From positions 259,996-323,995 of the forward strand of contig CAZDJZ010000001.1 of assembly GCA_964505785.1 (NCBI GenBank): a stretch of DNA of 64,000 nt, read 5' to 3'. A program made the position numbers and the translations under genes. The notes under the pieces were generated by a model. The model saw only the letters and a program-made list of their open reading frames with translations. It made no database searches and was not told the DNA's origin. Positions 10,069 to 20,627 of this stretch are shown here, piece by piece (within the stretch, counting starts at the first letter, position 1; each line of letters opens with the position of its first letter). The DNA comes from an uncultured Eubacteriales bacterium (lineage in GTDB: Bacteria > Acidobacteriota > Aminicenantia > Aminicenantales > Aminicenantaceae).

Positions 10069-11448
10069 TTATCCTGTAATGACCCGGATGAAAACAAGCA
10101 GAATCAGCACAGCCAGGGGCGCCAAAAATTTGACATTGAATATCCACAGGTTTTTCAGGAAGAATTTCCGGTTGCCTTGATTGATTTCTTTCAAGGCATT
10201 TTTGACTTTCCATATGTATCCGACAAAAAGACACATGAAAAGACCTCCGACGGCCAACAAAATATTACCGAAGACCAGATCCATTTTTGTCATCACATCC
10301 CAACGGGTCAGCAGTTTGACTCCTCCTATCGAAAGGGCGGCGGGCATTCCCAATAAAAAGGAAAGGCACCCGATGAAAACCGCAGCCTTGCTTCTTTTCC
10401 ATTTCTTTTCATCCACCAGAAAAGATGTGGGAACTTCCAACATGGATATGGTTGAGGTTAAAGCGGCAATCATCAGCAGAGTGAAAAACATGATGCCGAA
10501 AACATAACCGCCGGGCATTTTGGATATAATAATGGGAAAAACCTGGAACATCAAGCCGACGTTGACATCAAACTCCTGCATAAAGCGGTCCGGGGTTAAA
10601 TTCAGGGTATTGAAGAGGGTCGGGAAGATGATGATGCCTGCCAGGATAGCCACCAAAGTAGTGGAAAAACAGACCCAACCTGCAGATGTGACCAGGTTGT
10701 CCCGTTTTGATATATAGCTTCCATAAGTCAGCATGGTTCCCATTCCCAAACTGAGGGAAAAAAATGCCTGACCGATGCCGAAAAAAATCACTTTCGGGTC
10801 GAAACGCGAAAAATCCGGCTTCAAGTAAAAAGACAATCCCGCTTCCGCCCCGGGCAAGGTCAAAGCACGGACGGCCATAATGATGATCAAGGCAAAAAGA
10901 ACCGGCATGAGTATTTTTGACCAGCGCTCAATTCCTCCTTGCACTCCTTTAGAAATCACAAAAGTGGTAATAGCGATTATGATAAACAGACAAATGATGA
11001 CAGCAAGAGGGTTGGAAGCAAATTGAGTGAAAACAGCATCTGATTCTTGCCAGGACACGTCTCCCCTGAAAGCACCGCTGATGGTTTTATAAAAATAACC
11101 TGCGGACCAACCGGCGACGACCGAGTAATAGGACAGGATAAAAACACCTGTAAACACGCCTAAGTAACCGATATATTTCCATGGGGTCCCGGGTTTTATC
11201 TGCTTAAAGGCGCCAACCGGATTTTTTTGAGTATGACGCCCGATAGTCACTTCGGCCAGCATAACAGTAAAACCGATAAAAAGGACAGCCAGAATATAAA
11301 TCAAAACAAACATGGCCCCTCCGTTAAGACCGACATAAAGGGGGAAGCGCCAGATGCTTCCCAGTCCGATGGCGGACCCGGAGGCGGCGAAAATAAAAGC
11401 GATTTTGGAGCCCCAGCTTCCTCGTTCACTCAAGTCCTGCATGTTCAT
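10069..11448 (-). CDS. Sodium-dependent transporter, neurotransmitter:sodium symporter (SNF/NSS) family
   Basis: N-terminal NSS signature GLGSIWRFPLY and about 12 TM helices. Confidence 0.88.
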   Translation of the reverse strand: MNMQDLSERGSWGSKIAFIFAASGSAIGLGSIWRFPLYVGLNGGAMFVLIYILAVLFIGFTVMLAEVTIGRHTQKNPVGAFKQIKPGTPWKYIGYLGVFTGVFILSYYSVVAGWSAGYFYKTISGAFRGDVSWQESDAVFTQFASNPLAVIICLFIIIAITTFVISKGVQGGIERWSKILMPVLFALIIIMAVRALTLPGAEAGLSFYLKPDFSRFDPKVIFFGIGQAFFSLSLGMGTMLTYGSYISKRDNLVTSAGWVCFSTTLVAILAGIIIFPTLFNTLNLTPDRFMQEFDVNVGLMFQVFPIIISKMPGGYVFGIMFFTLLMIAALTSTISMLEVPTSFLVDEKKWKRSKAAVFIGCLSFLLGMPAALSIGGVKLLTRWDVMTKMDLVFGNILLAVGGLFMCLFVGYIWKVKNALKEINQGNRKFFLKNLWIFNVKFLAPLAVLILLVFIRVITG

Positions 11449-11809
11449 ATGTCTCTCCTCTTTCAGGTTTATTCAGCCGGTCTTTTTTGTAACATAAAAA
11501 AGAGTAAGTGAAAAGTCATTTCATCTGTATTTTTTGAATTATACATATGCATAACACGCAGCGAACGATGGAAGTGACCCAGCATGTCATTCCCGGAGCG
11601 AAGCGGCGGAAATCTGAGACGGCTTCGTTATGCTCGCTTCGCTCACGTTCATAGCGGTCGTCGCGTTTATTGCGTTCTTATTGTTTTTTTAGTCTATCTT
11701 AGCCTGTCTAATCTTAAACCGCTTCTCATATACGGCTTTGGTTTATTTTTGATTTTTTATTTCGCTGACAGTTCAGGTTAAAAAAGAAAAAGGGTAGAAT
11801 AAAAAAGCT

Positions 11810-13153
11810 ATGAGACAAAGGATGAACGAAGGAGAGCTGTGCCGGAAGGGAGAGGCAATTTTTCAATCTGCGCTGCATGCGGTAGCCCCGGAAGCTTTGG
11901 TAAGCAGGAATTTGATGCGATGTGGGCATTGGCTAGGGGTGGGAGAAAATCAGTTTAATCTTAAACAGCTGCGAAATATCAGGGTGGCGGCGATCGGCAA
12001 AGCGGCGCCTGCTATGGCGGAGGCTGTTGCGGATATATTGGGGGACCGGTTGGAGTCGGGCCTGTACCTTCACAGACCGGAAGAAGTCCATAAAATAGCC
12101 TATTTTAAAGGCCTTCCGGCGCCGCATCCTCTTCCTGACGAAAGAAGCCGGACGGCTTCTCAGAAGGTTTTAGAATTGGCGGAAAAATCCGGACCGGATG
12201 ATTTGTTTCTTTTTTGTATTTCCGGCGGGGGATCTGCGCAATTGAGTTATCCCGCTCCCGGAATTTCAATGAATGAAAAAAGTGGTTTAATTGAAGCATT
12301 GTTGCGGGCAGGAGCTGATATTCATGAATTGAATACAGTGAGGAAACATCTTTCCATGGTCAAAGGAGGCCGGGTTTCCCAGGCGGCTTTCCCGGCTGCT
12401 GTTGTCAACCTGGTGATATCCGATGTGATTGGAAATGATCCGAGTACGATTGCTTCGGGTCCCGGATGGGGGGATCCGACTACTTTTCATGATGCATGTG
12501 CGGTCTTGGAAAAATACGGTTTGCGGGATAAAACCCCCGATTCTGTCAAAGAATACTTGAGTGAAGGCATCCGGGGAGACAGGCAGGATACACCGGTGCC
12601 TGAAAACCCGGTTTTAAAAAATGTTGCCTATGTCGTCGCCGGGGATAATAGGACAGCTCTGGATGCTGCCCGTGAAGCTGCCGGGAAAGAAGGCTTGACG
12701 GCGAGGATTCTAACGTCTGAAGACTGTGGTGAAGCCCGTGAAAAAGCCGGAGATTACGTCAAAATTTTCATAGCCGCGAAAAAACAAGCCGCCCGTCCTT
12801 TTTGTCTTATCGCCGGGGGAGAACTGACCGTTACTGTCATGGGAAACGGGAAGGGCGGACGCAATCAGGAATTTGTTCTTGCTTTTATGGAAGAAATGAA
12901 CCGGGCGTATCCTGCGGAGAAAAATTGGGCTGTTTTCAGCTTGGGGACCGACGGAATTGACGGTCCGACAGATGCTGCCGGAGCCGGAGGAGGACCATCC
13001 ATTTTCGATAAAGCTGTTTTGCGGAAGCTCAATCCCCTGTGTTTTCTGAACAATAATGATTCTTATGCCTTTTTTGATCAGGCCGGAGGATTAATCCGGA
13101 CCGGCCCGACCCATACCAATGTCATGGATATCCGGTTATTTCTCCATAGTTAA
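11810..13153 (+). CDS. Glycerate 2-kinase / hydroxypyruvate reductase-like (DUF4147 + MOFRL)
   Basis: Motifs GKAAPAMA, ISGGGSA, GGELTVTV..GKGGRNQEF and GTDGIDGPTDAAG. Confidence 0.8.
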   Translation: MRQRMNEGELCRKGEAIFQSALHAVAPEALVSRNLMRCGHWLGVGENQFNLKQLRNIRVAAIGKAAPAMAEAVADILGDRLESGLYLHRPEEVHKIAYFKGLPAPHPLPDERSRTASQKVLELAEKSGPDDLFLFCISGGGSAQLSYPAPGISMNEKSGLIEALLRAGADIHELNTVRKHLSMVKGGRVSQAAFPAAVVNLVISDVIGNDPSTIASGPGWGDPTTFHDACAVLEKYGLRDKTPDSVKEYLSEGIRGDRQDTPVPENPVLKNVAYVVAGDNRTALDAAREAAGKEGLTARILTSEDCGEAREKAGDYVKIFIAAKKQAARPFCLIAGGELTVTVMGNGKGGRNQEFVLAFMEEMNRAYPAEKNWAVFSLGTDGIDGPTDAAGAGGGPSIFDKAVLRKLNPLCFLNNNDSYAFFDQAGGLIRTGPTHTNVMDIRLFLHS

Positions 13154-13355
13154 GACAGGACCAAGCAATCCATGCATTGTGCGTTTTGCCGCATGAAAAA
13201 AGGAATTGTTGAATCGGGCTGGATTGCCCGGCAGGTTTTCACTTATAATAATAAAGATTACCAGGCTCTTGCCGGTTACGGGCTGTGACCGCAGCAGGGC
13301 GAAAAGAATATTCAGCCTAAAGACGGAAACAACGACAAAAATTATGGAGGTGCTT

Positions 13356-14552
13356 ATGCCGGCATTAGAGATTAAACCGGATATATTCTGGGTGGGAGTA
13401 AATGACCGGACTATTGATCTATTCGAAGGGCTTTGGCCAATGACAGAGGCCGGGGTCTCTTATAATTCTTATTTAATCAACGATAAAAAAAAGGCGCTGA
13501 TTGATCTGGCCCGGGATACAAAGGCAGATAATTTCATTACTCAGATTGAAGATGTGACCGCCGTTTCCGATATAGATTATATTGTTATGAACCATTTAGA
13601 GCCGGATCATTCCGGGTTGATACAAACCATCCGCCGTATGATTCCGGATGCAGAGATCATCGGATCTAAGAAAACCAAACAATTGCTGGCGGATTTTTTT
13701 GGGGTCACTGAAAACGTCAGGGCGGTTGAAGACGGAGAAGAATTATCACTGGGACGGAAAACCCTGAAATTTTTTTCTGCTCCGTTTTTGCATTGGCCCG
13801 AGACAATGGTGTCATATGAAATGTCGCAGAAAGTATTATTTCCTTGTGATGCTTTCGGCGGTTACGGCGCTGTCCGCGGAGCATTGTTTGATGATAATTA
13901 CAGCGATTTAGCGTTTTATGAAAAAGAGGCCCTCAGGTATTATGTCAATATTGTCGCTAATTTCAGCGGCCGGGTTCTTGCCGCAATTTCAAAGCTTAAA
14001 GATGTGCCGGTTGATGTTATTGCGCCTTCCCATGGCTTAATATGGCGCGGTAATCCCGGACATATAATCAGTCTTTATAAAAAATGGGCGGAATATGCCA
14101 AGCAAAAATCAGAACCGGGGGTGACAATCGTCTATGGTTCCATGTATGGAAATACGGAGAGAGTCATGGATGCGGTGGCCCAGGGCATTTCAAAGGCCGG
14201 GGTCCAGGTGAATATTTTTGACGCCGCCCGCCGGCATGTGAGTTTTATTCTCCCTTCGTTATGGACACAACAGGGCGTGGTCATTGGTGCTCCTACATAT
14301 GAAGTATCGCTTTTTCCGCCGGTTGCGGATGTTCTCCATATGGCGGCCAGGAAGCAAATAAAAAACAAAACCGCTGCTTTTTTTGGAAGTCATGGCTGGA
14401 GCGGGGGTGCTTTGAAAGAGACGAAAAAAATTATTGAGCCGCTGGGTTGGGGATTGGAAGACTCGCTGGAATGGGTGGGAATTCCCAGCCGGGATGAGTT
14501 AAGAGAGGCGGAAAAATTCGGAAAGAATTTTGCGGAAAAGGTTCTTGCATGA
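13356..14552 (+). CDS. FprA-type flavodiiron protein (metallo-beta-lactamase + flavodoxin domains)
   Basis: Start moved to ATG 13356, with GGAGG 5 nt upstream. It has the di-iron motif HLEPDHSG and a C-terminal flavodoxin-like segment TIVYGSMYGNTE. Confidence 0.85.
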   Translation: MPALEIKPDIFWVGVNDRTIDLFEGLWPMTEAGVSYNSYLINDKKKALIDLARDTKADNFITQIEDVTAVSDIDYIVMNHLEPDHSGLIQTIRRMIPDAEIIGSKKTKQLLADFFGVTENVRAVEDGEELSLGRKTLKFFSAPFLHWPETMVSYEMSQKVLFPCDAFGGYGAVRGALFDDNYSDLAFYEKEALRYYVNIVANFSGRVLAAISKLKDVPVDVIAPSHGLIWRGNPGHIISLYKKWAEYAKQKSEPGVTIVYGSMYGNTERVMDAVAQGISKAGVQVNIFDAARRHVSFILPSLWTQQGVVIGAPTYEVSLFPPVADVLHMAARKQIKNKTAAFFGSHGWSGGALKETKKIIEPLGWGLEDSLEWVGIPSRDELREAEKFGKNFAEKVLA

Positions 14553-14608
14553 TGAAGGGATGAATGCCTGCGGACTGGCGATTTTCCATGAAATCGCGGG
14601 GAGTCGAG

Positions 14609-15073
14609 ATGATAAAAGATTGGAAAAAAGAATTAGCCGGATTATTTGATGAATACCGGATTATTCTTTCCAGTCAAAAAGATGTCCTGGAAGATTTTAA
14701 TCAGTTCTGCGAATTTATCGTTGAGCCGGCTTTTGAGAATCTGCAGGATGAACTCCGTGAATACGGAACCCGGGCGAAAATTATCATGGTCAAAGGAAAA
14801 TTCATTTCCCTTGTCATCTATTATGGGAAGTCCCGGATTGATCATTTCCAATATATGCTGGAGCTGCCCAGGAAAGCTGTGGAGATGCGATTGCGGCTGC
14901 GTCTTAAAGGACGAAAAACCAGGCAGGCTGCCCCTGAGGAATCCATTGAAAGATTTCTTCCAGACGTAACCCCTGAACAAGTCATGAAGCTGGATAAGGA
15001 AAATTTAATTTTGGATGTCATCGAGCATTATCGTGATTTTATTTTTTCATCGGAAGCAGCAGTGAATGAATAG
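14609..15073 (+). CDS. Hypothetical protein
   Basis: Start chosen at ATG 14609 with GGGGAG upstream. The stop abuts the pgeF start at 15074. No recognisable motif. Confidence 0.5.
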   Translation: MIKDWKKELAGLFDEYRIILSSQKDVLEDFNQFCEFIVEPAFENLQDELREYGTRAKIIMVKGKFISLVIYYGKSRIDHFQYMLELPRKAVEMRLRLRLKGRKTRQAAPEESIERFLPDVTPEQVMKLDKENLILDVIEHYRDFIFSSEAAVNE

Positions 15074-15754
15074 ATGGAGAGCGCACGAATCTTTCAAGTT
15101 CAGGAGCTATCACAATTCGCCTTTGTTTATCATGGTTTCGGCAACCGTTTTTTTAATAGAAAGCAGTTGGCAAAGCAGGCTCCAAATTTTAAGTTTGCTT
15201 TGTTAAATCAAATTCATTCCGATATTATTATCCGCGTGGATGCGGTCCCGGGAAGTCCTCCCGCCGGAGATGCCTGCATAACAGCGGAACCGGGATTAAT
15301 GCTGGTTATTCAGACAGCGGATTGTTTGCCCATATTATTGCTGGATCCCGGCCGGAAAGTGATAGGGGCTGCGCATTGCGGGTGGAAGGGGACGGCAATG
15401 GGACTGGCTTCCAAAATGGTTAAGGCGATGGCGGATGAATTCTCATGTAAAAAAGAAAATATTTTTGCGGCTATGGGCCCATGTATTGGCTCATCCCGTT
15501 ATCAGGTGGGGGAGGATGTCCGCCGGGTGTTTCGGCAAAACCGGCGGGATAAGGCGGGTTTTTCTATTTCAGGAGATGGGCTTTATTTGGATTTAAAGCA
15601 AGCCAACCGGAAACAACTCCAGAGTTCCGGAGTGGAAAAGATTTTCACAATCGGGAACTGCACTTACTCCGAACCCGGCTGCTGTTCATACCGGCGTGAC
15701 GGCGCCGCTGCAGGGCGAATGCTGAGTTTTATCGGCATGCGTAATCTTCCATAA
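15074..15754 (+). CDS. pgeF: Peptidoglycan editing factor PgeF / YfiH (DUF152, Cu-oxidase_4)
   Basis: Motifs TADCLPILL, HCGWKG and CTY....CCSYRRD. Confidence 0.85.
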   Translation: MESARIFQVQELSQFAFVYHGFGNRFFNRKQLAKQAPNFKFALLNQIHSDIIIRVDAVPGSPPAGDACITAEPGLMLVIQTADCLPILLLDPGRKVIGAAHCGWKGTAMGLASKMVKAMADEFSCKKENIFAAMGPCIGSSRYQVGEDVRRVFRQNRRDKAGFSISGDGLYLDLKQANRKQLQSSGVEKIFTIGNCTYSEPGCCSYRRDGAAAGRMLSFIGMRNLP

Positions 15755-15811
15755 TAAATCCGTCTTGCTTTTTATGGATAAATTATTTATGCTTTTCAAA
15801 ACGAGGTCAAT

Positions 15812-16702
15812 ATGAGTAAACAATCAGAAATCAAAATTCCGGAACTTCGGGAATTCAAAAAAGGGAAAGTCAGGGATATTTATGAGTTGGAGGACAAACT
15901 TCTTTTTGTCGCGACCGACCGGATTTCAGCCTTTGATTTTGTGCTTCCTTCTTTAATCCCGGAAAAAGGGAAAGTGCTTACACAGCTGTCCAAGTTTTGG
16001 TTCAATTATACATCACTGGTTTGTCCGAACCATTTTATTACGGATGATGTCAATGATTTTCCTCCGATTATCCACAAGTACCGGACGGTTCTGGATAAAC
16101 GCTCTATGTTGGTGCGGAAAACCGAAGTGCTTCCGGCGGAATGTATCGTACGCGGGTATATAGCGGGCTCAGGATGGAAGGAATACCAGAAAACCGGAAA
16201 AATTTGCGGCGTTAAATTGCCTTCCGGATTAAAGGAAGGCGACCGCCTGGATGATGTGATCTTCACTCCTTCAACCAAAGCTGAAGAAGGCCTGCATGAT
16301 GAAAACATCTCGTTTAAAGAAATGCAGAAAATTGTGGGAGAAAATTTAGCCGCCAAAATGAAAGATGTCAGTATCGAGCTTTACCAAAAAGCTTCTCTCC
16401 ATGCTTTATCCAAAGGAATAATTATCGCGGATACCAAGTTTGAATTCGGCTTGTTGAATGATGAGCTGTTTTTGATAGATGAAGTCCTGACGCCTGATTC
16501 ATCCCGTTTTTGGCCGGTAGACCGGTACACTCCCGGTGGAACACAGCCAAGCCTGGATAAGCAGTTTGTCCGGGATTATCTGTCCCAGACCGGCTGGGAT
16601 AAGAAATCCGAACCGCCGGAACTGCCGGCATCTATCATCCGTCAAACCGCTGAAAGATATCTTGAGATTTACAGGCTTCTGACAGGTGAAGATCAGCTTT
16701 GA
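15812..16702 (+). CDS. purC: Phosphoribosylaminoimidazole-succinocarboxamide (SAICAR) synthase
   Basis: Motifs GKVRDIYE, ATDRISAFD and ADTKFEFG. Confidence 0.93.
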   Translation: MSKQSEIKIPELREFKKGKVRDIYELEDKLLFVATDRISAFDFVLPSLIPEKGKVLTQLSKFWFNYTSLVCPNHFITDDVNDFPPIIHKYRTVLDKRSMLVRKTEVLPAECIVRGYIAGSGWKEYQKTGKICGVKLPSGLKEGDRLDDVIFTPSTKAEEGLHDENISFKEMQKIVGENLAAKMKDVSIELYQKASLHALSKGIIIADTKFEFGLLNDELFLIDEVLTPDSSRFWPVDRYTPGGTQPSLDKQFVRDYLSQTGWDKKSEPPELPASIIRQTAERYLEIYRLLTGEDQL

Positions 16703-16708
16703 AAATCA

Positions 16709-17596
16709 ATGAAGGACGGTCCTGTCGATCTGCATATTCATTCTAATAAAAGCAATGATGGTGATTTCAGCCTGAACCATATATTCCGCCTTGCCGCGGA
16801 AAATAAATTCCGTGCTGTTTCAATCGCCGACCATGATACGGTGGCTGCATATCCTGAGGCTTTGGAAAAAGGCAAGGAATACGGAGTGGAGGTTATTCCG
16901 GGGATTGAATTGACTACGTTGTATGAAAACCGGGAGTTTCATCTTCTGCTCCCCTTTGTCGATTGGAAATCCGAAAAGCTCCACAAAATTCTTGGAACTG
17001 TTCGCCGGAAACGCTTAGAGGAGGCTGGAGCCAGGATTGAACGGCTGCGGGAAGCAGGATTCAATATTCATCTAAGTCAGGTTGAAGCGGCAGCCGCTCC
17101 TTTCCCCCCCCTGGGCGTGACAATAGCACACGTGGTGCTGGAAACGGCGGCTGACCAGCCGGCGGGGCTGATAAAAAAATATCTACATCTTCCGGATAAA
17201 AGAATAGCTCCCTATCAATTTTACAGTGACTATTTTTCCGAAGGAATGCCCGCGCATGTTCCTAGAAAAAATATTCAGATCGTGGATGTCTTAAGCCAGT
17301 TGGATGAAACCGGCGGAGTGCCGGTGCTGGCCCATCCCGGAGCTCCTTTCCAGAATATCACTGCGGCTGAGTTGCGGGAATTGAAGCAAAAGGGATTGGC
17401 CGGGCTTGAGGTCTATACTTCTTACCATGACAGCATGAAAACGGATTTTTATAAGCAGCAGGCAAAGGCATTGGATTTAGTGGCTACGGCCGGTTCTGAT
17501 TTTCATGGGTCTATCAAGCCGGATATTCCTTTTGGGTTCATCAAAGACGGGAACTACAAGATGGTTGAGGCCTTAAAAGCGAGGAGAGCCGATTGA
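16709..17596 (+). CDS. PHP domain phosphoesterase
   Basis: PHP fold motifs DLHIHSNKSNDG, IADHDT and LAHPG. Confidence 0.78.
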   Translation: MKDGPVDLHIHSNKSNDGDFSLNHIFRLAAENKFRAVSIADHDTVAAYPEALEKGKEYGVEVIPGIELTTLYENREFHLLLPFVDWKSEKLHKILGTVRRKRLEEAGARIERLREAGFNIHLSQVEAAAAPFPPLGVTIAHVVLETAADQPAGLIKKYLHLPDKRIAPYQFYSDYFSEGMPAHVPRKNIQIVDVLSQLDETGGVPVLAHPGAPFQNITAAELRELKQKGLAGLEVYTSYHDSMKTDFYKQQAKALDLVATAGSDFHGSIKPDIPFGFIKDGNYKMVEALKARRAD

Positions 17597-18105
17597 TTTC
17601 CAATTGGCTGGATGTTCTGCTGCTTCTGATTGCAGCGGTTTTTTTTATTTTGGGCTTGTTTAAAGGGTTCGTCCGCCAGCTTATAGGGTTGGCTGCGATC
17701 ATAGCGGGGCTGACGGCGGCGCTGATTTATTATCCTCACGTCGCCATTCTGTTCGAGCCGCTGGTGGCCAGGGACGTGTTTTCTCATTTTTTGGCTTTTG
17801 CCGCTGTTTTCCTGGCTTTTCTTTGCTTGGGATGGATGATTTCCCGGATAATCGGGCGTGTTTTTAAAGGACCTATGAAATTTTTTGATCATATCCTTGG
17901 GGGGGCTATGGGGATTCTTAAAGGAGTCTTGCTGTGCGGGATCATTTGTTTTTCCTTATTGGTTTTTCCGGTGACTGACGGAGTTTTGAAGGAATCTTCT
18001 TTAGCGCCGCTTTGCTTGAAAATGACCCGCTATGCAGTGGGTGTTATTCCCCAGGAATTGAAAGACCAATTTAGGCAGACGTATCATGAGATCGCGGGAA
18101 AGTGA
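17593..18105 (+). CDS. cvpA: CvpA family membrane protein
   Basis: 4-nt overlap with the PHP gene, 4 TM helices and a CvpA-like N-terminus. Confidence 0.72.
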   Translation: MISNWLDVLLLLIAAVFFILGLFKGFVRQLIGLAAIIAGLTAALIYYPHVAILFEPLVARDVFSHFLAFAAVFLAFLCLGWMISRIIGRVFKGPMKFFDHILGGAMGILKGVLLCGIICFSLLVFPVTDGVLKESSLAPLCLKMTRYAVGVIPQELKDQFRQTYHEIAGK

Positions 18106-18111
18106 GAAAAA

Positions 18112-18336
18112 ATGACCAAAGAATATAGAGACCTAAGCCTTCATCAGAAAATGTCCATATTGGCGCAGGAACTGGTTGAAAAAGATTTGCCTCTGAAAGA
18201 ATCCATAAAAGAATTTGAGAAGCTGTTTATTAAATCCGCAGAAAAGAAATTCCATGGGAATAAAACGCGTATGGCTGAAGCCATGGGGATCCACCGCAAT
18301 ACACTGCATAATCTCTATAAATCCCTCGACCTGTAA
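18112..18336 (+). CDS. Small stand-alone Fis-type helix-turn-helix protein
   Basis: 74 aa with C-terminal HTH GNKTRMAEAMGIHRNTLHNLYKSL. It has no receiver or AAA+ domain. Confidence 0.65.
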   Translation: MTKEYRDLSLHQKMSILAQELVEKDLPLKESIKEFEKLFIKSAEKKFHGNKTRMAEAMGIHRNTLHNLYKSLDL

Positions 18337-18407
18337 TCGAGAATGATCTGAAAGAGTTATTCCGGGGCTTGAACAACAGGCCCTGAGGGCTTATGCGTTC
18401 CGGGAAA

Positions 18408-18434
18408 TTAGCACTCTTTATGAAAGATTGCTAA
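18408..18434 (+). promoter_or_regulatory. CIRCE operator 1 (HrcA site)
   Basis: TTAGCACTC-N9-GATTGCTAA matches the consensus TTAGCACTC-N9-GAGTGCTAA at 17/18 positions. Confidence 0.85.
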
Positions 18435-18441
18435 TTTCAGC

Positions 18442-18470
18442 TTGACAAGGTGCTTGAATTATCCTATTAT
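18442..18470 (+). promoter_or_regulatory. sigma70-type promoter of groES-groEL
   Basis: TTGACA (18442-18447), a 17-nt spacer, then TATTAT (18465-18470), between the two CIRCE elements. Confidence 0.65.
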
Positions 18471-18495
18471 AGCACTCTCTTTAGCTGTCTGCTAA
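18469..18495 (+). promoter_or_regulatory. CIRCE operator 2 (HrcA site)
   Basis: ATAGCACTC-N9-GTCTGCTAA matches the consensus at 15/18 positions and overlaps the -10 box. Confidence 0.7.
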
Positions 18496-18522
18496 AATCA
18501 ATACTTAAGAAAGGAGGCATAA

Positions 18523-18807
18523 ATGAAAATTATCCCTTTGTATGACAGAGTTCTTTTGAAGCGTTCTGAAGAGAAGGAAACGAAAAAGGGCGGCATTATC
18601 ATTCCTGATACCGCCAAGGAAAAACCGCTTGAAGCTGAAGTTGTCGAAGTCGGTAAAGGACGGATTGAGGGTGATAAAGTCATCCCCCTGGAAGTGAAAA
18701 AGGGAGACCGTGTCTTGATCGGAAAGTTCAGTGGAACGGAAGTGGCTATTGCAGATGAAGAATTCGTGATAGTCCGGGAAGATGAAATTCTAGCCAAAAT
18801 TTCCTAA
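18523..18807 (+). CDS. groES: Co-chaperonin GroES
   Basis: IPLYDRVLLKR...GGIIIPDTAKEKP, with GGAGG 7 nt upstream. Confidence 0.97.
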   Translation: MKIIPLYDRVLLKRSEEKETKKGGIIIPDTAKEKPLEAEVVEVGKGRIEGDKVIPLEVKKGDRVLIGKFSGTEVAIADEEFVIVREDEILAKIS

Positions 18808-20466
<1,659 letters not shown>

Positions 20467-20495
20467 TCGAATAACCGCTCGACAAGAATCCATAA

Positions 20496-20532
20496 AGCCC
20501 CGTGGTTTAATTGAATCACGGGGCTTTTTTTT
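20496..20532 (+). terminator. Rho-independent terminator of groESL
   Basis: AGCCCCGTG / CACGGGGCT stem followed by T8. Confidence 0.85.
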
Positions 20533-20627
20533 GTTGGGATTCATTGTAAATACCCAAAGACGAAAACCGCAAAAATCATGAATTCCAAGGGTGACGTGTA
20601 TGCCGGCTTTATGATATAAAAGTACGC

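Noticed and set aside
11449-11809. Riboswitch upstream of the SNF transporter or the glycerate kinase
   Set aside because: No conserved core of any riboswitch class I know is visible. The structure present is explained by the 10-bp-stem repeat hairpin at 11596-11644.
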